Source of the DNA: Sphacelaria rigidula
Lineage: Eukaryota
Assembly (NCBI GenBank): GCA_964200075.2
Contig: CAXNAA020000015.1
Coordinates: 1-37,715, forward strand
Reading direction: 5' to 3'
DNA: 37,715 nt
A model generated the notes under the pieces. The model was given only the letters and a program-made list of their open reading frames with translations, was not told the origin of the DNA and ran no database searches. Below, piece after piece: positions 1-11,000 of the stretch (the stretch's first letter is position 1; each line of letters opens with the position of its first letter). The position numbers and the translations under genes are program-made.

Positions 1-529
1 GATCATGAGTACACTCCCCCTCCCCCCTCTTTGACACTCCCCCCTTTTTTTCTGCCTTTATCTTGTCTCTCTGTCCAGTTTCCTCACGTGCTCGCCCTTT
101 TTATACCTTGGATACGTCTATCTTGTGGATAATGACCGCGACTGTATCGCTGGGAGATCATTTGATGTGCGACAATCAGTCAGTTCATCCAGAGGGGAGC
201 CTACAGTTCCCGGCAATCTACAACACGTTTGGAAGATCACTCAAGAGTCCTCTGTACGATTGAGGCTCTTGATATTGTAGTATTTTGTTAGGGTTTTTAA
301 CCCCCGGACGAACAGCGAACATATTCTGTAGGGCATGTAGATTGCAAGCGTCTTGTGTTGCTCGCTGGCCCGAGGAAGCCACACCGCCTGTCTACCCTCA
401 CTTACGGAAGCACGTTCGCTTCCAAAAGACTCGGCAAGTCAGGGCGACAAAACATTAAGAGCCAATCCCAGACACCCTCTTGGTGATTTTGAGCTTCAGT
501 GCTCAAAGGACAAATGTGCGCGTTAGCAG

Positions 530-766
530 GGATGGAGCCGTGAAGGTACAAAGCTTGGCTCGTGCGCGTGCGTCGCGGCGTGAGACTGCGCTGCGCCGAG
601 AACGGCATGATAAAGCGAGGCATATTCAGTGTCTAGGAAGAAGAATGCTTGCTCGACAAGAGCTGCGCGCTAGAGCGGAGAAAACGCAGGCTGCCATTCG
701 GCTTCAGTGCCTGGTCAGGTCCAAGCTGGCGAACTCGGACGTCGCTATTAAACGCGCACAGCACAG
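530..766 (+). CDS. Internal exon of giant IQ-motif/acidic-repeat gene; three IQ-like motifs
   Basis: Acceptor gttagCAG|G (527-529) and donor CAG|GTGTGC (767). Translation DGAVKVQSLARARASRR...RHIQCLGRRMLARQE...AAIRLQCLVRSKLA matches the [ILV]Qxxx[RK]xxxx[RK] pattern. No start ATG, so the gene begins upstream. Confidence 0.75.
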
Positions 767-1288
767 GTGTGCGTTGTGTGGACCCCCTTGAATTTGTCGA
801 TCCTTGCGACATGTTGGTGCATTTTCTTACAAGTTTCTGTGAGTCATCGTCCATCTTTTTTGTCGATCGAGACGAAGGAACTAACAGCCATAGACACGGA
901 TCCTCCCCGCGGCCACAGCTTGTCCGAGCAACTGCACTTCAACATATCTATCCCCAGTTGATCCCGCGGTGCTGCTGTAGGGGGCCAAGGCTGCCCGACA
1001 TCACATGAGTGAGTGCTTGTTTTTGCCGCGCGTGAGCCACGACCTGACGTGAAACTTGATTCTTCTGGTGGTTTCGCTCACTTCCTGAATTTATTTTTAC
1101 TCGAGAGGAAACCGCGACGAAAACCACCGAGACAGAGCCAACTGTGCATGCACGGGGTGCACCCACCAACTCGGTGTCCGTTTCCCAATCTCCTGCCCTT
1201 TTCATGGTGAACTTCCCGTTATCGCCCCAGAGCGGCGGTGTCGATCGAGTCCCTTGTGCGGAAAAGAGCAGCCCACGCTCTTTTACAG

Positions 1289-1320
1289 GAGAAGAAGCGG
1301 AAACGGGCAGCGGCCCTCAG
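1289..1320 (+). CDS. 32-nt micro-exon (EKKRKRAAAL-R) completing an IQ motif with the next exon
   Basis: Acceptor ctcttttacag| and donor CAG|GTACGG. Joining to 1727 gives EKKRKRAAALRIQNLTR. Its 5' phase does not match the 766 donor (see findings). Confidence 0.55.
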
Positions 1321-1726
1321 GTACGGTGTGGTGTAAAGGCGGCGGCATGCCATCATGGTTTGAAAGACAAGCAAACGCACTATCTACTCGGAGTTAGCCG
1401 ACGCCGCCCATGATATTAAAACGTACTATGATTAAATTTTGTTGTACGCAACACTGATCGATCGTCTGTATCCAAGCATGTTACACGGTATTGCTCAGCA
1501 CGCAACCGGGGGAATATGTTGTGAATTTTTACCGCTGTTTCGAAGACACAGCGTAAACTCCAGTCCGTTTACAACGATAATAAATATATCAGCATTGTGA
1601 GCATTCCAAATTCGCTACTACGCATCGAAACAGAATTGCGTCGATTCGACGAAAAGGGCCATCTTCTTGTCTAAGGCTTACGTACGAACGCCGATCTCAT
1701 AATCTTTGCCCTTGTACCTCTACAAG

Positions 1727-1877
1727 GATCCAAAACCTAACGCGCATCAGGGCAGCTAAAGTGAAGGCCAATATGCGACGCAAGAACAGACAGGCAGCCG
1801 TAAGGCTGCAGAACCAGGCTCGGGCACTAGCAGCACGCCGACAGGCGGACGAACGACGCCGGCAGAGAAACGCAGCG
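1727..1877 (+). CDS. IQ-motif exon (not in the ORF track)
   Basis: Pyrimidine tract tctttgcccttgtacctctacaag|, donor GCG|GTACGT. Encodes IQNLTRIRAAKVKANMRRKNRQAAVRLQNQARALAARRQADERRRQRNAA. Confidence 0.75.
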
Positions 1878-2583
1878 GTACGTAGCAAGGTTTGAGGGAA
1901 GCATGCGTGTGTTTCATGGCGATTCAGCGCCGTTTTGATAAAAAAAAAAACTGTATAGCGTGGTCCTGGAAGTCCTGAGCGTTATGTTATAGGCCAGAAT
2001 TGTACATACTCCATGCTGGTCGTGAGTCATCCCACGATAGGGTGTACTCATGATCATGCATGCCATAGTCATCAGACCTATCGGTAGGGGGGAGCATTTC
2101 ATTTAACGAAAAACAAGGCTCATAGGTGTGCCAGGCGACCTGCCACACTCGTGGTGCACTTGTATTTGGACCAAAACGATGTCAAGCAGTATAAATGAGC
2201 ATGTTATTGATAACACGCTCGTTCGAACAATCGTCGCTGCTTTCAGCGACGATTTGACTTGGAATTTCGTGCAAGAAGTGGACCAAAATACCCCGCCTCC
2301 CCCCCCGTATCGTAGGATGACTCTCGTGTCGTTCTGGAGCCCGGTGTTGCCAGAAGCTTGAGATTGACCCTGGATGTAGCGGCACTTGACTGATGAAATT
2401 CCGCCATGTTTGGGTATGTAATTTGTCAGCATAGTTAGTGGCTGTACTATTCGCTCCTTTCCAACGGCGGCTAACGCCTAATGGGTACACCGTTTTGTAG
2501 CGAAGGTGCTATGGGGCTTTCCCCGGCACTATCCCGCTACTCGTGTGAAGACAGGAAAACTCACGTCCCGGTCAACACCACAG

Positions 2584-2757
2584 GTCAAGCTCCAGACACA
2601 GGTGCGCCGGGTGGAGGCTGCGAGACAGGTCGATGCTAGACGCCGCGCAGTGAGAGCTGTTCAGTGTTCACAACGGAAAGCGCACATCCTAAATCAGGAG
2701 AAGAAACAGCGCGCGGTCGTCCGCATCCAAGCTGCTGCCAAGGGCAGGCGCGCGAGG
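2584..2757 (+). CDS. IQ-motif exon
   Basis: Acceptor caccacag|, donor AGG|GTAAGA, phase 0 at both ends. Joins as RNAA|VKLQTQVRR...VVRIQAAAKGRRAR. Confidence 0.8.
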
Positions 2758-3230
2758 GTAAGAACAAACCTAGCTGGAACTTTAACGGTGACTCCAGCGT
2801 AGGGAATGCCTTTGAGCGCTCTTCATGGTTCGGTCCCGTCGTTTCCTGCGAACATGAACGCTCCCTCTCGGGATGTTTCAGTGAAACGATCAAAGATCAG
2901 GACACCGTGACCATGTATGCCAATCAAGATGCCGTGCAAGATACTTTTTGATCGCCTGGCGTGCTCGTCGCGGCTCTGGAGGGCTTTCGTTCGACAACCA
3001 AGATCAAACAACAGCCACGAGACTTGAGTCTAGATACCGCGATGTCCACCGACACGTACCCTATATCGTTAGCATTCAAGCACCACCCTTCTCTCGCGAG
3101 AACGCGGGCCATTGTCAAGATTGGCGAGTCATTCAATTGCGCGAAACAGAACCCCGAACAAACTATTGTTGCTACTATTCGCAGTCAGGAGGTCATTGGT
3201 CACTACTATTTTTCGATCTACGTACCTCAG

Positions 3231-3752
3231 GCACACGTGAACGACCTCAAACACCGACGACGCGAAGCTGCTTCCTTGAAGATCGCGTCGGTGGTCCGCG
3301 GTAGACAAGCCAGGCGTCGCGTATCTCAGCTGCGACAGGAGCAGATTGCGGCGACATATATTCAGGAGCTCGACAGACGTGGAGACGACGAACGACACGT
3401 GGAAAATACCGAAGGAGGCGAACCACATGCGGCGGCTACTCGGGGTGACGAGGCAGCAAGAACGATACAGAAGGTTGCCAGGGGTAGGGTCGATCGGCTC
3501 TACTTGAAGACTGTTCGAGAGCAGAAATCAGCAGCAATGGCGATGCAGAAAAAACGCCCCGAAAGTACTGAGCCAACAGGGATTCAGGAAGTTGCTGGAG
3601 GCAAGGACGACGAAGAGGACTCGACACTTATCACGGAAGAAAAAGCAGCAGCGTTCATGATGCAGGAAGATCCCGAGGGACAGGGTGATCGCACGAACGC
3701 CTTGTCACATCTCTCGATTGACCAACGTCCCGTGAATGTGATCAAACACGAG
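3231..3752 (+). CDS. Exon with last IQ-like motifs and transition to acidic sequence
   Basis: Acceptor tttttcgatctacgtacctcag|, donor GAG|GTAGGT, phase 0/0. Contains LKIASVVRGRQARRR and TIQKVARGRVDR. Confidence 0.8.
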
Positions 3753-4855
3753 GTAGGTATGAATGCATCTTGCGAGGGTAAAGCATGCTGTCCAAGTTAC
3801 TACAGTAGTGGTCGTCGTTTCGGTCTATCTAGTCAACATGACAGCACTAGCTCACGGCATTTACGCCGCCACAGCTCTATACGTAGCCAGACCCTTTCGG
3901 CTCCCCATATGTTTCATGAGAGCCATCTATGATCGCGACTTTGCCCGTGAATCTTTGATCATAGGCCCGGGATTCGTGCGAGCAACTTGTACACGAAACG
4001 ATGTCCGATGTGACGGAATCATCCCTCGCCAAGATAGCCGCCATTCGTGCTGCTCGGAGGACGCAGAGTGAGATTCACGTACTCGTCACGGGCGATGAAC
4101 TTCCTTCGCACGTACCTTCCGACAAAGAGAATGCTGAACACCAGGGCAAGGTGACCCCTCAAAAGGTCTCAAAGTGCTGAGCCACGGGTGTTGATCTTGG
4201 ACATGCAGCCTGCCACTAGAACCGCTACTTTTCAACACGGGCTGGTCCCGACGAAAGAGGGTGAAAACATTCCTCGGTCACTTTCCTCCGTAGATCGCTG
4301 ATGCGCTCTTGTCCTCAAAAGAGAAGTTCTACGGTAATATTTTCAAATCTCGAGCAAAGAAAATCCAAGGCCTGTGAATTCCTAAGGGCTTCGAAATTGC
4401 AAGTCGTTGTTTTTTCCACTACTCCTTTGGTCATAGATTGTGATTGGCGACGAGTTAGGAGTCGGAAACGTTCCCGCCGCGAGGCAAGATCATTCAGACC
4501 ATTGTTTTCGGACAATCAAACAAGAATTCAGCCAATCCGATCCTTTGTGCGAAAATCCCCCTACCAGCCTCCACCAGTCCATATTTAGTGTGCTGTCATA
4601 GCGTGGAGTGATATCTTTCCAGGCGCCTCATCCGAAACCCCAGCGGACTCTGAAGTAGCTATACAGTACAGCGGAGAAACTCTTAGCGCTTGGTCGAGGA
4701 GATCTATGCGGTACTTTCCACGGACTCAATTCTTGACCCCTTTCGTTGCGGCCAGTCTGTGAGGATGGCAAACTCATGGAGCTTGAACAGCCTAGCCCTG
4801 GGGTATCGTCTATTCCGGTGTTGTCTATCAGCCGATAGATTCTCTCACCAACGGA

Positions 4856-4894
4856 CTATTGACAAAACTTGTGATCTATTGACAAAACTTGTGA
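4856..4894. repeat. Intronic tandem duplication, 20-nt period (CTATTGACAAAACTTGTGA x2)
   Basis: Exact 19-mers at 4856-4874 and 4876-4894. Confidence 0.9.
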
Positions 4895-5045
4895 CAGTTC
4901 ACACTCACTACGATCACGTACATTGTTAGTCATGGGCGCTACGTTTGTAGACCCTGGGGCAGAAATACCGTGTGTGGGTAACATCGCTCACCCCATCCAC
5001 CTTACTATCCCCCGGCATGCTTGAATCATTTTCATACTCCAACAG

Positions 5046-8000
5046 CGGGTGATGTTCGAGGGTGCGGGTCCAGTAGACCAAGAGTTGTCGGCCGCACACG
5101 AGTTTCAAATTCAACTTTTGGCCTCCATTGGTGCGCACGTCGTGGCGAATAGACAAAAGGAGGCCGAAAGTACAATGGGTGCAGTGATGTCCGCAGCTGG
5201 GGGTGATTGTGAACAATCACAGGAGCTCTCTGAGCAGGAAATCTGCCAGCAACGGGGGGAGGAGAGTGAAGCTGAATTACTTGGCGACATCATCTTGACA
5301 GAAAACGCGCCGCCGGAAGATGTAAGCTCTGAGATAGGGTCGGCGGGGGATGTTTTCTGCGATCTCGACGGAGACAGGGTGTTGTCAAGGATGAGTCTTC
5401 GTGTGGGATTTTGCAGCACGGACGACGGAGCAAGCGCACCGCTTGTCGCGATTTCTACAGTCCTGGACGACACTGCAGATAAGGAGGATGGATCTCTATC
5501 CCTTTCAGTTACCGAATCAGATGTAGGATACTGTGATGGCTTGACTCCACCTGTCGTGGAGAGCACCATACGAACGGAGGGTTTCAGCAGCAGCCCCGTC
5601 AAGGACGAAGGCCGGACTCCCGTCGAACAGTTTGCACCTGAAACCTCGGGCGAAACAGAGCAAGGGGGGGTCTCGCCGAAAAGTCTTCGGTTAGGTATCG
5701 ATGTTGTCACAGAAATCCCTACCCACAGTGGAGAAGAAAACGGTGATGCGCTTCCTGTTGCAAGGGCTCCCGAGGAAGCCAGAATATCGACAGAAGTAGA
5801 TTCTCGAGCTTCCGACGATGAGGATCTTGGCTGTGCGGCAATGCCGCTTCATCATGAAGAGGCAATAGGTGTTACTATATCTACACAACTCGAGTACGCG
5901 GGCGTGTCAGGGGATGCAACGGCGGACACAGGCGGGGTGGAACTCGTGGAAGACGACTCTGTGGACAGGTTGCAAGTGGATCCGTCGGTAGCAGCAGTAC
6001 AAGCCGAAAATCAAGGTTCCGTACCTTCCACTGCCGTGTCGACGTCTGATACCTTTGACGAGGTTGAAGGGAAGTGCCTGGTGTTATCCTCAATGAAGGT
6101 GGATGCTGAAAGCGCTGTGGGTGAAAAGAAAGAGGCGATGAATGCGGATGGGCGGGAGAACGTACGAACGCTCAATCAGAGATCTGCTCAAGATGCCGCC
6201 AGTGCGGCAGATGAGGAGCTCACGACTGCTGCTCCGGTCGAGACCACTACGACCGAGGATGAGGTAGAGGTGGATGTCACCGCATCCGTACACGAGCAGG
6301 CGGCTGGCACAGGGGTGGGCGATACGCTGTCGGCAGGAGAAGCAGACCTCTCGAACATGACGGACAGTACCACAGTGCCTCCCTCGAACCCTGACGGAGA
6401 TCAACAGGCATCGACAGCCGAGGCAATCGACGACGAAAGCGCTACCGGTCGTGTGAACAACCAGGATTCCGACGGTGCAGCCCGCGAAATAATTCTGACG
6501 CCGATCGCCGCAGGCGATAGCTCCATGGGTGCTGCGACACAGGCGACGACTGTTGACGTTCTAGAGAACGTTGAATCGCCGAACCGACAAGCTACTGACG
6601 ACGTCGCCAGTACGGTAGATCCGGAACTCACGACTACCGCTCCTATCAAAGCAGGCACTACTAGGGGTGAGGTGGAAGTGGACGCTGCCGTATCTGCACA
6701 CGAGCACGTGGCTGCCCCAGAGGTGGACGAGGTGCTGTTGACAGGCGCAGAGGCCAACGAATCCGCCGTGGCGGACATGGCCACAGCTCATCCGGCGAAC
6801 GTTGATGGACATGGCCTAGCGCCCGCGGCCGAGGCAGTGGCCGACGGAAGTGTTGCTAATCGCGTGGACGACCCAGACTCTGAGTGTATTGCTTCGAAAA
6901 GCTTGGATACAACGATCATCGTAGTGGATACCTCGATTGAAACTTCTACAGTGGTGACGGCTGTTGACGGGCAAGGAAACGTACGAACACCTGATGAGAA
7001 CAGTACTGACGATGTGAAGGGTGCGTTATATCCGGACTCTGCGACTACTGCTGCGCTCGAGGCCACCACTACTGTGGGCCAGGTGGAAGTGGACGTCGCC
7101 GCATTCGGACACGAGCAGATGGCTGTCGCAGATGCGCGTGATGTGGTATCAGCAGTCGCAGAGGCCGACGAATCCGCCGTGGCGGACATGAACGCAGCCT
7201 CCACCTTGGACGCAGCTGGAGGTCAACGAGCATCGGCGGCCGAGGCAGTGGCTGGCGGAAGTGATGCTGGTCGTGTGGACGACCCGGACTCTGAGGGTGC
7301 AGTCCGCGATATGAATGATAAACCGATCGCCATAGTGGATGGCCCCGTGGGTGCTTCGACAGAGGCGACGACTGTAGGTGTGCAGGGGGACGTAGGAATG
7401 CCCCATCAGCAAGCCACTGATGATGTCGCCAGCGTGATAGGTCCGGAGGTGATGACTACTGGTGTGCTCAAAGCCGCCGCGACCGATGGTGAGGTGGGGG
7501 TAGATGTCGTTGCATACGGGCACGAGCAAGTGTCTGTCGCAGATGTGCACGATGTGCTGTCGGCAGGCCCGGAGGCCGACCAATCCGCTCTGGCGGACAA
7601 GGCGGCGGAGTCTATCTCGGACGCTGCTGGAGATGGCCGAGAATCGGCGACCGAGCCAGTGGCCGACGAAAGTGTCGTTGCTCGTATGGACGACTCGGAC
7701 GCTGACGGTACTCTAGCAAGCCTTGATACACCTATCGCCGCAGTGGATTGGCCCGTGGGTGCTCCGATAGAGTCGATGGCTGCAGATACGCAGGAGGATG
7801 AACGAACGTCCGACCAGCAAGCTACTGATAATGTCGCTAGCTCGGCAGATCCAGAGTGCACGACCGCTGCTCCCCTCAAAGCCACCGCGAGCGGGAGTGA
7901 GTTGGAAGTGGACCTTGCCGCATCCGGGCACGAGCAGGTGGATTTCGCAATGGTGCGTGATATGTCCTCGGCAGGCGCACAGGCCCATGACTCCACCGTT

Positions 8001-11000
8001 GCCGAAATGACTACAGCTCCTCCCTCGAATGATTATGGAGATAGTCGGGCATGGGTGACCGGGGCAGCGGCTGACGGAAGAAGTGCTGGTCGTGTGTACG
8101 ACCCGCACTCTCAGGATGGAGTCCGTGAACTGATCGAACAGCCGGTCGCCGCTGTGGATAGTACCGTGTGTGCTTTGATGGAGACGATGACTGTTGACGA
8201 ACGAGAGAACGTTGGATCGCCTAACCCGCAAGTTACGGAAGTTGTAGCCAGGCCGGCAGATCCGGAGTCGACAGCTGCTGCTCTGGTCGAGGCCTCGGCG
8301 ACCGGGGGCGAGGAGGAAGTGGAAGCTGCTGAATCTAGACACAAGCAGGTGGCTGTCGCAGAGGGGCGCAGCGTGCTGTTGGTAGGTCCAGAGGCTGACA
8401 ACTTCGCTGTTGCGGGTATTACCATAGCTTCTCCCTCAAACGCTGATAGAGAAAGCCGGGCATGGGGGACCGAGGCAGTGGCCGACGGAGGTGCTGCTGG
8501 TCGTGTGGACGGCCCTGATCCTAAAGGTGCAGCCCAGAGATTGACGGAGCAGCCGAATACTGCGGTAGACAGGTCCATGAGTGCTTCGATTGGGGCGGCG
8601 ACTGTTTACTGGCAAGAGGATGTACGATCACTTCACCAGCAAGATACGGACGATGTGGCCAGTGCGGCAGATTCGGAGTCCAAGACTGCTGCTCCGATCG
8701 ATGCCGCCACGGCAGGCAGTGAGGTGGGAGTGGACGCCGCCGCATCCGGACACAAGGAGGCGGCTGCCGGAGAGCCCTGCGATGTGCTGTCGGTAGGCAC
8801 GGGGGCCGATGACTTGACAGTGGCGGATGTGACCACAGCTCCTCCCACGAACGCTGATGGAGATGGCCGGGCATCGACGGCGGCCGAGACAGTGACCGAT
8901 ATAAGAGTGGAAGATCCGGAGTCGACGGCTGCTGCTCTGGTCGAGGCCGCCGCACCCGAGGGTGAGGTGGAAGTGGACGTCGCCGCATCTAGACACGAGC
9001 AGGATGATGTCCCAGAGGGCGGCGATGTGCTGTCCACAAGACCAGACGCCGGTGATAACGCCGGGAGGGACACAATCATAGCTCCCCCCTCGAACGCTGA
9101 TGACCATCGTCGGGCGTCAACGGCCGAGGCAGTGGGCGACGTAAGTGCTACTGGTCATATGGACGACCGGGACTGTGAGGGTTCAGTCCGCGAACTGACC
9201 AAGCAGCCGACCGCCGTAGTGGGTAGTCTCGTGGGTGCTTCGACACATGCGACGACTGTTGAGGTGCAGCAGATCGTCGTATCTCCCAACCAACAAGCGA
9301 AGGGCGATCCGGTCAGTGTGGAAGATCCGGCGTCGTCGATTTCTGCTTGGTTCGGGGCCGCTGCAACGGGAGACAAGGTGGCAGCGGACGCCGTCGCATC
9401 CGGACACGAGCATGTGGCTGTCCAAGAGGTGCGCGATGTGTTGTCGGCAGCCACAGTGGCAGAAGACACGACCGCGGCGGACATAGCACTGGATCCGTCT
9501 TCAAACGCTAATGAAGATGGCCGGCTATCGACAGCCAATGCAGTAGTCGATCGAAGTACTACTGGTCGTGTAGACGACCCTGATTCTGAGGGTGCAGTCC
9601 GCGAACCGATCGAGCAGGCGATCTCCGCGGTGGATAGTCCCGTGTGTGCTTCGATGGAGGCGACGGCTGTTGACGGGCGAGAAAACGTCGAATTTTCGAA
9701 CCAGCAAGCCACGTATGATGTTCTCAGTGCCACAGGTCCGGAGTCGACGACTGTTGCTTCGGTCGAGGCCGCCGCGACCGGGGATGAGGTGGAAGTGGAC
9801 GCTGCCGCATCTGGACATGAGCAGGCACCTGTCGCAGTGGTGCGCAATGTGCTATCGGTAGAACCAGAGGACGATGACTCGACTGCGGCGGACATAACCG
9901 TAGCTCTTCCGTTGAAAGCTGACAAAGATGGCAAGGCGTCGGAGGCAGTGACCGACGAAGGTGTTGCAGGTCGTGTAGACGACTCGAACCCTGGGGGTGC
10001 AGCCCGCGAGCGGATCGAGCAGCTGATCACTGCGGTAGATAGTGGTGTGCGTGCTTCGATAAAAGGAACAACTGTTGAGGAGCAGGAGAACGTCGGGTCG
10101 CCTCACCAGCAAGCTATGGACGATGCGGTCAGTGCGGTAAACCAGGCGTCCATGACAGCAACTGCGGTCCAGGCCGCAGCGACCGGGGTCGAGGTGGAAG
10201 TGGACGCCGCCGTATCCAGACACGAGCAGGCGCCTGTGGCAGAGGCGTGCGATGTGCTGTCGGCAGGTGCCGAGGCCGATGACTCGACCGTGGCGGACAT
10301 GACCACGGCTCCTCTCCCGCGTATAGTTGGAGATGTGCGGGCGTTTGTGGCCGAGGCAGTAGCCGACATATGTGCTGCTGGTCGTGAGGACGACCCGAAC
10401 TCTAAGGTTGCAGCCCGCAAACTGGTCGAGCAGCCAATCGCGGCGATGGATAGTCCCTTGGCTGTTTCGATAGACGCTACGGCTGTCGAGGAGGAGGAGG
10501 ACGTGGGATCGCCTCACCAGCAAGCCAGGGACAATGTGGCCAGCGCGGCAAATCCGGATTCGACAACTGCTGCTCCAGTCGAGGTCGCCGCGATCGGAGG
10601 TGAGATGGAAGGGGACGTCGCTGCGCCTGGACACGAACAGGCGGCCGTGGCAGAGGTGCGCGATGTTGTGTCAGTAGAACCAACGACCAATGACTCGACC
10701 GTGACGGACATAGCCGCAGCTCTTCCGCCAAACACTGACGAAGATGGCCGGGCGTTGGTGACTGAGGCAGTGACCGACGGAGGTGCTGCTGGTCGTGTGG
10801 ACGACCCGGACTCTGAGGGCTCAGCCCATAAACTGTGTGAGCAGCTGGTCCCTGCTGTGGATAGTGCTGTGCATGCTTCGACAGAAGGAACAGCTGTTGA
10901 GGAGCAGGGGAGCGTCGAATCACCTCACCATCACGCTACGGACGATGCGACCAGTCCCGCAGGTCTGGAGTCGACGACTGCTGCTCCGGCCGAGGTCGCT

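Noticed and set aside
981-1008. Possible micro-exon (tag|GGGGCCAAG...ATGA|GTGAGT)
   Set aside because: No phase combination links it to both neighbours without a stop or frameshift.
2961-3932. 323-aa ORF as a complete gene
   Set aside because: Only 3231-3752 has splice sites and coherent composition; the flanks are intron read-through.
3941-4094. ~10-bp imperfect inverted repeat (TTGCCCGTGA / TCACGGGCGA) in the intron
   Set aside because: Too short, and no target-site duplication seen.
5049-5054. GTG/ATG start of the 10,460-aa ORF as a stand-alone, bacterial giant-adhesin-like gene
   Set aside because: Preceded by a clear splice acceptor in phase with upstream exons; no signal peptide, ribosome-binding site or operon context.
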